This document shows, piece after piece, positions 1 to 9,614 of a stretch of 24,192 nucleotides of DNA (its first letter is position 1; the number at the start of each line of letters is the position of its first letter). A model generated the notes under the pieces. It searched no databases, was not told where the DNA came from, and saw only the letters and a program-made list of their open reading frames with translations. The translations under genes were made by a program, and so were the position numbers. This stretch comes from a virus (taxonomy: Duplodnaviria; Caudoviricetes). Location: IMG/VR virus record IMGVR_UViG_3300005573_000271, positions 1 through 24,192 of that record, one strand, 5' to 3'.

Positions 1-246
1 CACCCGCCCAGCGGTTGCCGAGAAACAAGTCGTCCAGCACGTCGACGCCGAGCAGAGCTAGAAACACGCTCACGATGGCTGTCGTCACCCGCGACCGAAG
101 CTGTTCCACGGGCGGCGCTCCAGCCAGACGAAGATTCGGTCGCAGAAGTGCCAGCGCCACTCGGCAAGCGCTCCGATGCAGGCACCGCCGAGCATCCACA
201 GCAGGCGCTCGGCGAGCACCTGCAACACAGGTCCCAGTTGCTCCAC
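1..246 (-). CDS. Probable small membrane protein(s), possibly holin-like; runs off the window edge
   Basis: GTG at 246 follows GGTGAGGT and reads MEQLGPVLQVLAERLLWMLGGACIGALAEWRWHFCDRIFVWL (hydrophobic). A second hydrophobic stretch, VEQLRSRVTTAIVSVFLALLGVDVLDDLFLG, starts at 109 in a different frame. Position is downstream of the tail genes. Confidence 0.35.
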
Positions 247-349
247 GTCTACCTCACCCCCTTCGCTTACCCAGCCTTCGCCAGCGCGTCCATCGCCGCT
301 CCCGCCGTGTTGGCGATGGCCTCCGCCCCCTTGAGCACGGTCGGCATCT

Positions 350-685
350 CTACTTCACCCTCCCCCGGCCCGGGCCGTCCATCTGGTCCGCCTTGGCTCG
401 GACCTCGGCGGTGACGTCCGCCCACTTGCGAGTTGGGTTCCTGATCTTGCGAATGTGTGCATGGAGCCGTTGGACGTTCTCCGGGTCACAGCCACCACCG
501 ATGGGGTGCACGGTGCACCCGCCGCATACCGGGCAGGGCAGGATGAGGAGGGACTCATCGTCTGTCCCGTCAGAGTTCTTCGGGTACAGGATGCTAGCAG
601 GTTGGATGGTACCGCCGTGCTGCCGGTCGTCATCCCAGACCTCAACTGACCCATCCGCGTTGAACTTGATTGGTCGGATACTCAT
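350..685 (-). CDS. Hypothetical phage protein with CPVCGGC-HPIGGGC putative metal-binding motif (111 aa)
   Basis: ATG at 685 overlaps the upstream stop (ATGA) and is preceded by GGAGG. Start revised from the ORF track (706). Confidence 0.7.
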   Translation of the reverse strand: MSIRPIKFNADGSVEVWDDDRQHGGTIQPASILYPKNSDGTDDESLLILPCPVCGGCTVHPIGGGCDPENVQRLHAHIRKIRNPTRKWADVTAEVRAKADQMDGPGRGRVK

Positions 686-1809
686 GGATTCGCCTCCGCG
701 ACCCATTGGAACATGAAGCCGCCTTCGGTAGTTATACGGTTGGTATCAAATGACCCGTCAGAGGGTTCATAAGCGGCCCAATCAGGGGTAACATTATCTG
801 TTAGAGCTGAGCCGGCAGCATTGACGGTGGTAATCTTTCCCGAGTTGCCTTGCCTGTCATAGACGGTGATGCTGGGCACTACGGCCTTGGTCACTTTGAA
901 GTACGTGCGGATAGACTTTTGGCTGCTAGTGCCATTACCGGTATTGAACATCTGGGCTCCGGCTTGGACAGCCGCCCCTGGTGCAGTGCCAACCGAGTAG
1001 GATTTCTCGTAGTACCTCTGGCACCTACCCAGGTCTTCCGCCGGGTGCAGCGGCACGTAGTCGGCGGGAGTCGAGCCGACGACGAGGGTGGCGTTATCCA
1101 CGTATACGGTGACGGTTGCCTCAAAGGCGACTAGCACTCGCAGTTGAGTAGCCCCCGACGCAACTGACAGCGTAGCTTGCAGGGTCTCATAGGCACCACT
1201 GCCACTATGGTAGGCACTCCAGGCAGTACCAACACCGTCGTAGACCTGTATCCGAACAGCGCTGGCCGTTGCGGTTTTGACGCGGAGGGCAAAGGTGACA
1301 GTCTTACCCCGAAGCTGCTGGTAGTTTTCCAGCATCTGCTGCATGTTGGAGCCGAACGTGCCGAGGGTGTGGCTCACAGCGGCACAGTACACGGAGTTGG
1401 CATCTTGATTAGCGCCGTCCCGCGAGACTGACAAAGTGCCGCCATTCCCCACCGCGAGCTGCCATCGGTCAGGGCCATAAGCACCAGTTGTCGTGTACGG
1501 CCCTGTTCCCCGCTGCCAGACCTCGAAGCCGGGGTTGGTCAGGAGGTTCTGGCTGCCGTTGGCCAGCGGCGCCCCCAGCTCGATCCGGTTGCTCGCGTTG
1601 AGGCGGATCAGGTTCACGTCACCCGTGTCGGCTGCGTTACGCCCGACCAGCCAGACGGCGTTCGGCAGACGGATGCCACTCTGGAACGTCTGAAGGGCCG
1701 TCCACGTGTTCGCCAGGGAGCGGACGACGACTTCCTGCGTCTCCAGCTTGCCAACTTGGCTCCGTAGGGTCGTGACCTCTCGGACGATGCGCTCCAACAG
1801 TTCAGACAC
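682..1809 (-). CDS. Tail fibre / receptor-binding protein with carbohydrate-binding-like module
   Basis: GTG at 1809 overlaps the upstream gene end. Short N-terminal coiled coil, NLLTNPGFEVWQRG and GPDRWQ motifs, and EDLGRCQRYYEKSY motif typical of phage fibre/RBP proteins. Lies directly after the Tal-like gene. Confidence 0.8.
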   Translation of the reverse strand: MSELLERIVREVTTLRSQVGKLETQEVVVRSLANTWTALQTFQSGIRLPNAVWLVGRNAADTGDVNLIRLNASNRIELGAPLANGSQNLLTNPGFEVWQRGTGPYTTTGAYGPDRWQLAVGNGGTLSVSRDGANQDANSVYCAAVSHTLGTFGSNMQQMLENYQQLRGKTVTFALRVKTATASAVRIQVYDGVGTAWSAYHSGSGAYETLQATLSVASGATQLRVLVAFEATVTVYVDNATLVVGSTPADYVPLHPAEDLGRCQRYYEKSYSVGTAPGAAVQAGAQMFNTGNGTSSQKSIRTYFKVTKAVVPSITVYDRQGNSGKITTVNAAGSALTDNVTPDWAAYEPSDGSFDTNRITTEGGFMFQWVAEANP

Positions 1810-2887
1810 TCTGCATCTCCACGTCGATCTTCTCCGCGCCGCCACGATCCAGACTGACCGACACTCCGACGATCTTCTGAGTCACGTTCACCGCCCCATA
1901 CTGCGCCTTCACCAGGTCGCCAAGGCCGTAGTGGACGCCGTAGTAACAGGCAGGCGTTTGGAGCACCTTGAACGCGAATGTCTGTTTCGCCCGCGTGTCC
2001 TGCAGCTTACTGTCCCCACTCGCGTTGAGGCTATCCGTCGTGCTGCTGTTGCGGGCGTCCACGAAGACCTCGACGTCGTTGCTCGCCCCATAATCCGGGC
2101 CGGTGCGCACGACTACCGCGCGGCTCGCCTCCTCGCCTGGCCCGCCGACGATCGCCACGGTGCGCTCGTCGACTCGGTCGTACGTATACACCGGCTCGGC
2201 CATGTTGCCGCGCTCCAGGGCGAAGAGCAGCGTCGCCGTGCGGTCCGTGCCCCGCTGGCCGGCGTACCATCTGAACTCCCACGCTTGGGCGCCGGTCTTC
2301 ACCAGGTCGAAGTCGCCGCCGCCGATGGGGGCGAGCTTCTGCAGCGTCTCCAGAAGATTGGCCCAGGCGCACCCGATTGACACGGTGTTGCCCCCGGTGC
2401 CGTCGGTCTGAACGGCGAGACCGGCGATGGCCCCATCCCTAATCCGACCGTTGGCTGTGGTCGCGTTGGCGCCAGCGTTGTAACTCACCAGCGTCTTCAT
2501 CACCGTCTCGGCCTTGGCATTCTGGAAGTTGCTCCGGTTGGCCGTGCCAGCCATCCAGGCCACCACCCGCCAGCCGAGCATCGTCAAGATGCCCGGGCAG
2601 CGTCCCTCGAAGAGGTCGTGGTCGCTGTAGCTGCGCTTTTGCGCCCGGAACAGGCCCCAGAAGTCCGCGGTCCAGGTGGCCAGGCCCATTGCCGGATTCC
2701 GGCGGTAGACGATCACCTGGCCGTTGTGCTCCAACAACGCTACCGCCCGGTGATCGCCGGGCAGGCTGAACGTGAAGAGTCCGGGCGCGTTGACCTTGCG
2801 AGCGTAGGCCAGCGATACGAAGTCGCTCACCTCGGCCACCTTCACGCCAGCGGCGGTCAGGACGTCGAGACGGTACTCGGCACCCAT
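1802..2887 (-). CDS. Siphovirus baseplate hub / Tal-like minor tail protein (ReqiPepy6 Gp37-like)
   Basis: 361 aa; motifs AIVGGPGEEASR, EVFVDAR, YGVHYGLGDLV; position downstream of Dit. Confidence 0.85.
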   Translation of the reverse strand: MGAEYRLDVLTAAGVKVAEVSDFVSLAYARKVNAPGLFTFSLPGDHRAVALLEHNGQVIVYRRNPAMGLATWTADFWGLFRAQKRSYSDHDLFEGRCPGILTMLGWRVVAWMAGTANRSNFQNAKAETVMKTLVSYNAGANATTANGRIRDGAIAGLAVQTDGTGGNTVSIGCAWANLLETLQKLAPIGGGDFDLVKTGAQAWEFRWYAGQRGTDRTATLLFALERGNMAEPVYTYDRVDERTVAIVGGPGEEASRAVVVRTGPDYGASNDVEVFVDARNSSTTDSLNASGDSKLQDTRAKQTFAFKVLQTPACYYGVHYGLGDLVKAQYGAVNVTQKIVGVSVSLDRGGAEKIDVEMQSV

Positions 2888-3165
2888 CAGACCGCCTTCC
2901 AGCTACCGTCCGGCTGGCGCTCGTAGGTCTTGTCAAGGTCGGCGTCTAGCGCCAGCGCCGCCGCGATGAGGCCGGCCTTGCTCGTCGCCTCGGCTTGGAG
3001 GTCGGTGAGCACCTGGGCACGGGTGACGTCGCTCGGGTAGACCGTCTGCCGAGACTCGCTCCACTTCTCGACGCCGCTGGCGTCGGCCCAGGCGATGACG
3101 TAGTTGACTGTGAGCGTCCGGTCGGCGTTCACCGTCTTGCCAGTGATGCGGATTCGCAGGCCCAC
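2887..3165 (-). CDS. Hypothetical tail-region protein (92 aa)
   Basis: GAGGAGG RBS before GTG at 3165; stop overlaps the next ATG. Confidence 0.7.
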   Translation of the reverse strand: MGLRIRITGKTVNADRTLTVNYVIAWADASGVEKWSESRQTVYPSDVTRAQVLTDLQAEATSKAGLIAAALALDADLDKTYERQPDGSWKAV

Positions 3166-3187
3166 GTTGTCCTCCTCGTATCGCCAG

Positions 3188-4390
3188 CTAGCTGACCCGC
3201 AGCGCAGTGATGCTGCTGTGCGGGTACGAGATCCGCGATGTACCCGTCCCACCGGATTTGTACGCCTGTAGTTTCACCGTCGTCGCCGTGCCCAAGGTAA
3301 CCGTCCAGACCTGCGTACAGGTTCCGCCCGTTCCGTCCTTCAGTTTCCACGTGCTGATGCCATCCTGTACCGACGCGCCGACTACGAGTGCGCCGCTCGC
3401 CCACTGGCTATCGTCGCCTGCCCCGATGGCATTCACGTTCAGGACGCCGACAACTAGCCACGTTCCCGCCGCTAGCGACAAGCTGCACCCCGGCACGTCC
3501 TGGCAGCTCGTCGTCAAAGTAAGTTCGGCGGTCTGGCGAGCTACCGAGGCCGAGTTCTGAACATGGTGGGCGTTGGCGTTGGCCGCGTGCATATCGACCT
3601 TTTCCTGGGCGCCGGTGGCGCTTTCTACGGTCGAGGATCCGACGCCGTGGACGTACGCCGTGGCAGCATTGTGCGTGTCGACCTTGTTCTGGGCGCCGGC
3701 GACACTCTCGACGGTCGAGGCTCCGACACCGTGGACGCCAGTGGCTGCCGCCGTGTGGTTGTTCAGGTTGGTCTGGACACCTGCTCTGGCCGCCGCCTCG
3801 GCGTCGAGCTCGGCCTGCGTCGCCACGTCCGCCGCGACTTTCGCCGCCGTCACTGCCCCATCGGCGATCTTCGCCGTCGTCACGGCGGCATCGTCCAAGT
3901 TCTCCGTCCGAATCGCCGTTGCAAAGTGGGCAAAGACACGCTCGTCGGTGACGGTGATGACCCCGCCGGTCGTGATTGAGACCTGCGCCAACTTCACATC
4001 GTAGGTCGAGCCGGGCGTCTGCATGATCGCGGGCGCCCCTGCCCCTTCCGTGCCGGCGATCCGGGTGATCCTGACTGTCTGCGCCGTCCAGTTTGCCCGA
4101 AGCACGATCCGGTCGATCCGTGTGTTGGCAGCTGGCGTCGGGATCGACACGTCAACTGCCGCTTCATTCTCGTAGGGGATACCGTAGACGTAGGCAGCAC
4201 CAGTCGCGACTGTCACCTTACCCGTGCCAGCCGTCACCGCGAGTTCGCCGTTATAGCCGCGTAGCGGCCCTTCGCTTGCGTAGTTATCGCTCAGGATCGT
4301 GCGTCGAAGCCACTGAAAGATCTGGCTCTGCGTGTACGGATTCAGGCCATCGCCCGTCGCCCCAGTGGACCAGAAGATGCTTCCTTCCAT
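3188..4390 (-). CDS. Minor tail / tail fibre protein
   Basis: N-terminal baseplate-attachment-like domain (RIDRIVLR...DVKLAQV), AVTTAKIADGAVTAAKVA shaft motif, His-containing 28-aa repeats, C-terminal beta-rich head; follows Dit. Confidence 0.8.
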   Translation of the reverse strand: MEGSIFWSTGATGDGLNPYTQSQIFQWLRRTILSDNYASEGPLRGYNGELAVTAGTGKVTVATGAAYVYGIPYENEAAVDVSIPTPAANTRIDRIVLRANWTAQTVRITRIAGTEGAGAPAIMQTPGSTYDVKLAQVSITTGGVITVTDERVFAHFATAIRTENLDDAAVTTAKIADGAVTAAKVAADVATQAELDAEAAARAGVQTNLNNHTAAATGVHGVGASTVESVAGAQNKVDTHNAATAYVHGVGSSTVESATGAQEKVDMHAANANAHHVQNSASVARQTAELTLTTSCQDVPGCSLSLAAGTWLVVGVLNVNAIGAGDDSQWASGALVVGASVQDGISTWKLKDGTGGTCTQVWTVTLGTATTVKLQAYKSGGTGTSRISYPHSSITALRVS

Positions 4391-4391
4391 G

Positions 4392-5279
4392 TCACACCCC
4401 CACGTAACGCGGCTTGTACTGGATCACGACCCGCGTGCCTGCAGTGATCCCTGTCCCCTTGACGCGCAGGCTATTGACGCCGTCTAGAGGCTCCGGATGC
4501 GCCCCGACTCTGAAGGTAGCTAGGTTAGAGTCGGCAGTCAGGTCCTGGATGCGGTTCGCGCCATCACTCTGCCGGATCACGGTCTTGTAGCCGTAGCGAC
4601 AGTCGATCACGTAGGTCTCGCCGGCTGGGATAGTCACGCCGGTGAAGTCGAGCTTGTCGCCCAGCGTGTTGTTCTGGACGAGCAGTCCTGTCACGGGTCC
4701 GTCAATCAAGATGGTCGGGTAGGCGTCCCAAGAGCCAGCGTAAGCGACGACGATGCTCTGGTCGATGGCGCTCGCGCCGACCTGCCAGGGGACGGCGAGA
4801 GGCACGTTCATCGCCTGGCCGCCGCCGAGCATGAACACGTGGCTCGCCCCGTCTGGGTCGTACCAGGTCGGGTCGGGAGCGTATAGTTCGATACCGACCC
4901 GTTGCCAACCTGGAACCAGTCCGACCTCCGGCGTCATCTCCATTGTGCCGTTCAGGTAGCAGTCGATCTGCCGCACCACCTCGCCACTCGTGACCCTGAG
5001 TTTCACCGGCGAGTCGCTGCTACGAAAGATGCTCATCAGCGTGCTACGACGCGCAAACCACGCGTTGTCATCTCCCCCCCGTGCCATCACAGCCAACGCG
5101 ATCCGCCGAGGCTGCAGCCGGTAGCCGAGATCAGACTCCCCGTGCTGCATCGGCCCCCGCTCACTGATTCGAGTGACAGGCGCCGCCGCGATGCCGTCGA
5201 TGCCAGTGAGCAGGTAATCCTGATTGTCTGACAGGTTGTACTCGACATCTCGGCTGATAACAGAGAGTGTCCAGGTCAT
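4392..5279 (-). CDS. Distal tail protein (Dit)
   Basis: 295 aa; ELYAPDPTWYD, GSWDAYPTILIDGP and GVNSLRV motifs typical of siphophage Dit. Confidence 0.85.
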   Translation of the reverse strand: MTWTLSVISRDVEYNLSDNQDYLLTGIDGIAAAPVTRISERGPMQHGESDLGYRLQPRRIALAVMARGGDDNAWFARRSTLMSIFRSSDSPVKLRVTSGEVVRQIDCYLNGTMEMTPEVGLVPGWQRVGIELYAPDPTWYDPDGASHVFMLGGGQAMNVPLAVPWQVGASAIDQSIVVAYAGSWDAYPTILIDGPVTGLLVQNNTLGDKLDFTGVTIPAGETYVIDCRYGYKTVIRQSDGANRIQDLTADSNLATFRVGAHPEPLDGVNSLRVKGTGITAGTRVVIQYKPRYVGV

Positions 5280-5632
5280 ACTACCCCTCGTTGAGCCACT
5301 GGCTGCACGACTAATAGCCCCGTCGCCACTGTATAGATATTGTTGCTATCGTAGAGCCGTAGCGCCCACACCAGTGTCGCGGGGCTGCTGACCGCCAGCC
5401 CTGCCGTATCTGCCGGCAGGAGTGTCAGCCGTGCCCGACCATTGGCTGTATCAGTGTGCACAATCCCGCTGCCTGTCTCCTTTTCAATGACCGCCTCGGC
5501 GTCCCCATAGGACCGTCGCGCTGCCCACCTGAGCGTCAGTCCCGTGAGGTCGACCGGTTGGTTATCGAGCATCACGGTATAATCCACTGTAGTCGTGTCG
5601 CCAGCATACGTAGTGATATCGCTCATGATCAC
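5276..5632 (-). CDS. BppU-N-like baseplate / Ig-like virion protein
   Basis: YAGDT...PVDLTG...LLPADTAGL...VATGLLVV pattern; 4-nt overlaps with both neighbours. Confidence 0.65.
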   Translation of the reverse strand: MIMSDITTYAGDTTTVDYTVMLDNQPVDLTGLTLRWAARRSYGDAEAVIEKETGSGIVHTDTANGRARLTLLPADTAGLAVSSPATLVWALRLYDSNNIYTVATGLLVVQPVAQRGVV

Positions 5633-6966
5633 ACCTCCACAGTGGTCGAGTGCCGCGTTACCTTGACTGTGGCCGAGGGCCTGGGTAGTTGAGTCAGTGT
5701 CACTGAGCCATGTGTCTGTTCAATGTGTACTGTAACGCCCTGCAAGTTACGACCCAGGGCCCTAGCAACAAGCTGAGCCACAGTGCTGAGGCTGCTCGTG
5801 CTGTTAACGGCTGTCGCCCCGACTCTCAGACAACTGACCACTGCCTGTACGGCTGAGGGGACGGCAATCTGCGCCGCGCCCGTGATCGCCTCGGTAATCA
5901 GCTCTCCGACGACACCCAAGCTGGATGCCGTACTGACGCTAGTTGCCCCCAATCGCACGAGCAGGGCCCTTGTGCTGGTGACACTGCTGGCTGCTATCTG
6001 CGTTGCCTCGCTGACAACCCGTACCGCCATTGTCGTAACATCACTGACGGCAATTATACCGGCAACACCAGTAGTGAGCCGCAAGCTTACCGCGCTGACA
6101 ATGGATTGTGTTACCACCGATGCCGTGCCGAATAGCAATTTTCCGGCACTAGCGGACAAGGTTGTGACTGCCCCCAGAGAACTCACAGCCAGCCGGATTG
6201 CTAGACCAATGGCAGAAGCGGCCGAGCTAGCAGTTATCATTGCTACGCCATGAACCAAACGAACGCCGCTTGCAGCAGCAGTACTCGATGTGACAAGACT
6301 TGCTGCCCCACTGGTTAATCGCGAGCCCACCGCAGCCACACTCGATACGGTTGCCAACTGCGCTGACCCCAGGATAGCTCCAATAAGCGCCCCAGCGGCC
6401 GACACCGCCGACGTGGCGCTTAGAGCCGCCGTCCCCAGGGCCGTCCGCAGTCCTGCCGCATCGGTGGTACTCGTTGTCAACAGACTGGTCGCCCCGGTCA
6501 CCACCGGCGTGTAATTCACCGTCACTCGCACGAAGTCCAAATAGAACGTCACGGCCGTGTTGCTATTGCCACGAGTGGCTCGAACTTGAATTGCCAGGTT
6601 GGCATCCAACAGGTCACTACGCGTTAGTCCAGACACGGAATAACTGCGAGTGACCTCAGCTGTCGGCTCCGCGGTGTCGGTGTACTCGGTCCCTTTGGCT
6701 ACCCCACCGGTATAGAGTTGACTGCCAGCGGTGGCAATGCTGCTCGTGGTCGAGACATAGTAGCCAAACTCAACCGTGACCGAATTGATGATCGACCCGT
6801 CAGGGATCATACTGTCGAAGCCGAAGCCGTTCCACTGGCCACTGATTGTACTGTTCTTGGCCGGCGCAGCCGTGACATAGTTATTGTCGTCAGCGTAGGC
6901 GTTACCCGGGTTTGTCCAGGCGTTGCCACTGACGTATGACGATGCATACCTAGTTACTGTGGCCAT
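5629..6966 (-). CDS. Virion fibre/appendage protein: N-terminal globular domain plus about 12 Ala/Ser/Thr/Val-rich ~20-aa repeats
   Basis: 445 aa; N-terminal WTNPGNAYADDN domain, then a visible 20-residue period (GAASLVTSSTAAASGVRLVH / GVAMITASSAASAIGLAIRL ...). Confidence 0.7.
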   Translation of the reverse strand: MATVTRYASSYVSGNAWTNPGNAYADDNNYVTAAPAKNSTISGQWNGFGFDSMIPDGSIINSVTVEFGYYVSTTSSIATAGSQLYTGGVAKGTEYTDTAEPTAEVTRSYSVSGLTRSDLLDANLAIQVRATRGNSNTAVTFYLDFVRVTVNYTPVVTGATSLLTTSTTDAAGLRTALGTAALSATSAVSAAGALIGAILGSAQLATVSSVAAVGSRLTSGAASLVTSSTAAASGVRLVHGVAMITASSAASAIGLAIRLAVSSLGAVTTLSASAGKLLFGTASVVTQSIVSAVSLRLTTGVAGIIAVSDVTTMAVRVVSEATQIAASSVTSTRALLVRLGATSVSTASSLGVVGELITEAITGAAQIAVPSAVQAVVSCLRVGATAVNSTSSLSTVAQLVARALGRNLQGVTVHIEQTHGSVTLTQLPRPSATVKVTRHSTTVEV

Positions 6967-6968
6967 CG

Positions 6969-7355
6969 TCAGTCAACCGTTATGTCCAAGTCTCCCGCCA
7001 AGATTTTGAACTGATCACCGCTGTTGACGGTCTTGCTGGCAGTCAGTGCCCCCCAGGCGAGCAGGTTGCCACCACTTGATGCATCCAGTATCCCCACCGC
7101 TACGATGGTCCCCCAGTCAGCGGTAGCCTGCGGAAATGTGATGTCAGCGCTGTTGCTGGTCGCTCCCCCGCTGGCGGCGCTCAACGTCACTGCCTGCCGG
7201 GCGTAGGCACCGCCGCTCACCTCGGTGCCACCCCCACTATCAGACGGGCTGACGGTGTACAGTGCCACATACAGCGTCGCCGGTGGCGTGAACGACTGAT
7301 TCCTCAACATGTGGTCGATGATCTTGTTCTCGTAGTAGTCACTGAAACTGCCCAT
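6969..7355 (-). CDS. Small virion structural / fibre-associated protein
   Basis: 128 aa; LYVALYT, GGTEVSGGAYARQAVT, ITFPQATADWGTI, DASSGGNLL motifs of a widespread phage structural family. Confidence 0.8.
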   Translation of the reverse strand: MGSFSDYYENKIIDHMLRNQSFTPPATLYVALYTVSPSDSGGGTEVSGGAYARQAVTLSAASGGATSNSADITFPQATADWGTIVAVGILDASSGGNLLAWGALTASKTVNSGDQFKILAGDLDITVD

Positions 7356-7373
7356 AGGTCACCCCCTGTCCTG

Positions 7374-9614
7374 TTACGTCGTCGCTCCTAACAATTGCAA
7401 TAATCGCAGATCATCCCGCAGTGACCGCTCATCCTGGTAACGATAGCTGGCGTTGATCGTGTAGGTCGGACGGCTAGCCACGGCGGCAGCAATCCGCTCG
7501 GCCAGCGCGTCCAGCCTGCTGCCACTGAGCGGTAGGACCACCTCCGGCCCAGCCTCGCCGACGAGTGCCAGCGTCGGACGGGTGATGATGCCGCCAGTAG
7601 CCAGTGTCGGGATCGGTGGTATATCTGGAGTACCAATCGTGATCCCTGACCAGCCCAGATGGCCACCACCGATGCGGCCAATCCCCGGCACATCGACGCT
7701 CGGTAGAGTGATGTCAAACCCGGGGATTTTGAACTCCAGTCGGTTCCAGGCAGAGATGAGAGAGTTGATACCCCCTATGATGAGGTTGATGACGGTCTTG
7801 ATCGCACTCCAGATGCCGTTCCATGCGGTCTCCGCCACCGCCTTGATGCCGTCCCATGCGAGAGACAAAGTGGTAGACAGTATGGTCAGAGCAGAGCCGA
7901 CAATGGTCTGGATGCCATTCCAGGCTGTGTTCAGGATGTCCTGGACGGTCTGCCACGCCCCGGACCAGTCGCCGGTAATGACCTGCATAACCAGCCGAAT
8001 CAGTCCCAGCACTACCTGTAGGGCAGTGTCGATGATAGCGGTGATCATCGTCCATGCGGCCTGCAGGATGGTCATCACCTGCTGGCCATGGGCCTGCCAG
8101 AATGCGGTGATCTGGTTCAGCACAAACTGGATGATGTTCGAGATAAACGTCATCACCGCTTGGGTCGCGGCCTGGATGAGTCCAAAGTTCTGGCTCCACC
8201 AGGTAGTGATGACCCCGACTTCCCTCTGGATGAAGGGTGAAATAAATCCAATCACAGCCTGAACGATGTTCTGGATGAACCCAAACACACTGGCCGTGAT
8301 CTCGCGGATGCCACCGAAGTCGGTTACCCACGCCGCCGTTAGGGCCGCTATCGCCAGGACAACTAGCCCGATGGGTGAGAGGATAAACCCGATAGCCGAT
8401 GCTATGGCCCCAAATACCAGAATGACCGGGCCAGCTGCCACTAGCACCGCGCCGAACGCCAGAGCTGCGTTGCGGATGTTGGGGTCGAGCTCACTGATCT
8501 TGGGCACCAGATCAGCGAGAGTACGCGCCCAACCCTCCAGTGTCGTCAGGAACGGCTCCGCCACGTCCAGCAGAACTGTCTCGACCTGGCTCTTCAACCC
8601 TTCCAGTGCCCCGCCCAGCCCCTTCATTCTTGCTCCAGCCAGATCGGCCGCCGCTCCCTGGCGCGTGACGGCATCGAGCATCTGTTTGTGAGCGTCCACG
8701 CCTCCCATCAATACGACGTTGGCGGCGCGCACCGCATCCGAGCCGAAGATAGTGGCCAATGCGGCGTTGCGCTGTTCCTGGGAGAGCCCGCCGAGTTTGG
8801 TGCTGAACTGCTCGATAATCGAACCGAACGGCAGCATTTTACCCTGGGCGTCGTAGATATTGATGCCCAAACTGGTCATCAGACCGGCCGCCTTATCAGA
8901 TGGTGCCTGGAGTGAGAGCAACATCTGTTTGAGCGATGTGCCGGCATCACTGCCTTTGATGCCGGCATTCGCCATCTGCCCGATAGACGCAACCAACTCT
9001 TCGATCGGGACATTCGAAGACGCAAATACGGCACCTGACATTTGCAGCGAGTCGGCCATATCCGTTACCTCGCCACTGCTGGCATTAGCGGCGGCGGCCA
9101 ATAGGTCTGCCACCCGCGTCGCCTCAGAGCCCTGCAGATGGAATGCATTGAGCGCATTCGAGGCGATTTCGGCGGCAGAGGCCTCAGAGAGATTGCCAGC
9201 AGCGGCCAATTGTAGTACGCCCTTGGCCGCACCCAGAGTATCGTTGACCGATAGGCCCGCTTTAGCCAACTCGGCCATAGCATCCGCAGCATCAGCAGCG
9301 CTTGTAGCCGGCAGCGTCATATCGGCACCAAGTGCCTTGGCAGTCGCCGCTACTTGTGCCATCTGTTCATCAGTAGCGCCGCTGACAGCCTGCATCATGT
9401 TGAGGGACGATTGATAGTTGATCGCAGTATCCAGAGCAGTCTTAGCGACTCCCACCAGAGGCAGGGTGATACCCGCAGTGAGCAGTCCACCCGTGATCGC
9501 TGCGCCCTTGCCAACATTCGCCAGCTTCGCGCTGACCGATCTCAGACCATGCTCGGCACCGCTCGTATCGGCGCCGATCTTGACGATAAGCTCAGCAGCC
9601 GTGATCGCCATCAC
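7374..9614 (-). CDS. Tape measure protein (TP901-type core)
   Basis: 746 aa, Ala-rich; ELAKAG and GIKGSDAGTSLK motifs, Trp-periodic amphipathic repeats; follows the tail chaperones. Confidence 0.95.
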   Translation of the reverse strand: MMAITAAELIVKIGADTSGAEHGLRSVSAKLANVGKGAAITGGLLTAGITLPLVGVAKTALDTAINYQSSLNMMQAVSGATDEQMAQVAATAKALGADMTLPATSAADAADAMAELAKAGLSVNDTLGAAKGVLQLAAAGNLSEASAAEIASNALNAFHLQGSEATRVADLLAAAANASSGEVTDMADSLQMSGAVFASSNVPIEELVASIGQMANAGIKGSDAGTSLKQMLLSLQAPSDKAAGLMTSLGINIYDAQGKMLPFGSIIEQFSTKLGGLSQEQRNAALATIFGSDAVRAANVVLMGGVDAHKQMLDAVTRQGAAADLAGARMKGLGGALEGLKSQVETVLLDVAEPFLTTLEGWARTLADLVPKISELDPNIRNAALAFGAVLVAAGPVILVFGAIASAIGFILSPIGLVVLAIAALTAAWVTDFGGIREITASVFGFIQNIVQAVIGFISPFIQREVGVITTWWSQNFGLIQAATQAVMTFISNIIQFVLNQITAFWQAHGQQVMTILQAAWTMITAIIDTALQVVLGLIRLVMQVITGDWSGAWQTVQDILNTAWNGIQTIVGSALTILSTTLSLAWDGIKAVAETAWNGIWSAIKTVINLIIGGINSLISAWNRLEFKIPGFDITLPSVDVPGIGRIGGGHLGWSGITIGTPDIPPIPTLATGGIITRPTLALVGEAGPEVVLPLSGSRLDALAERIAAAVASRPTYTINASYRYQDERSLRDDLRLLQLLGATT

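Noticed and set aside
682-1020. Diversity-generating retroelement variable region in the fibre tip
   Set aside because: No reverse transcriptase and no second near-identical template repeat seen in the window.
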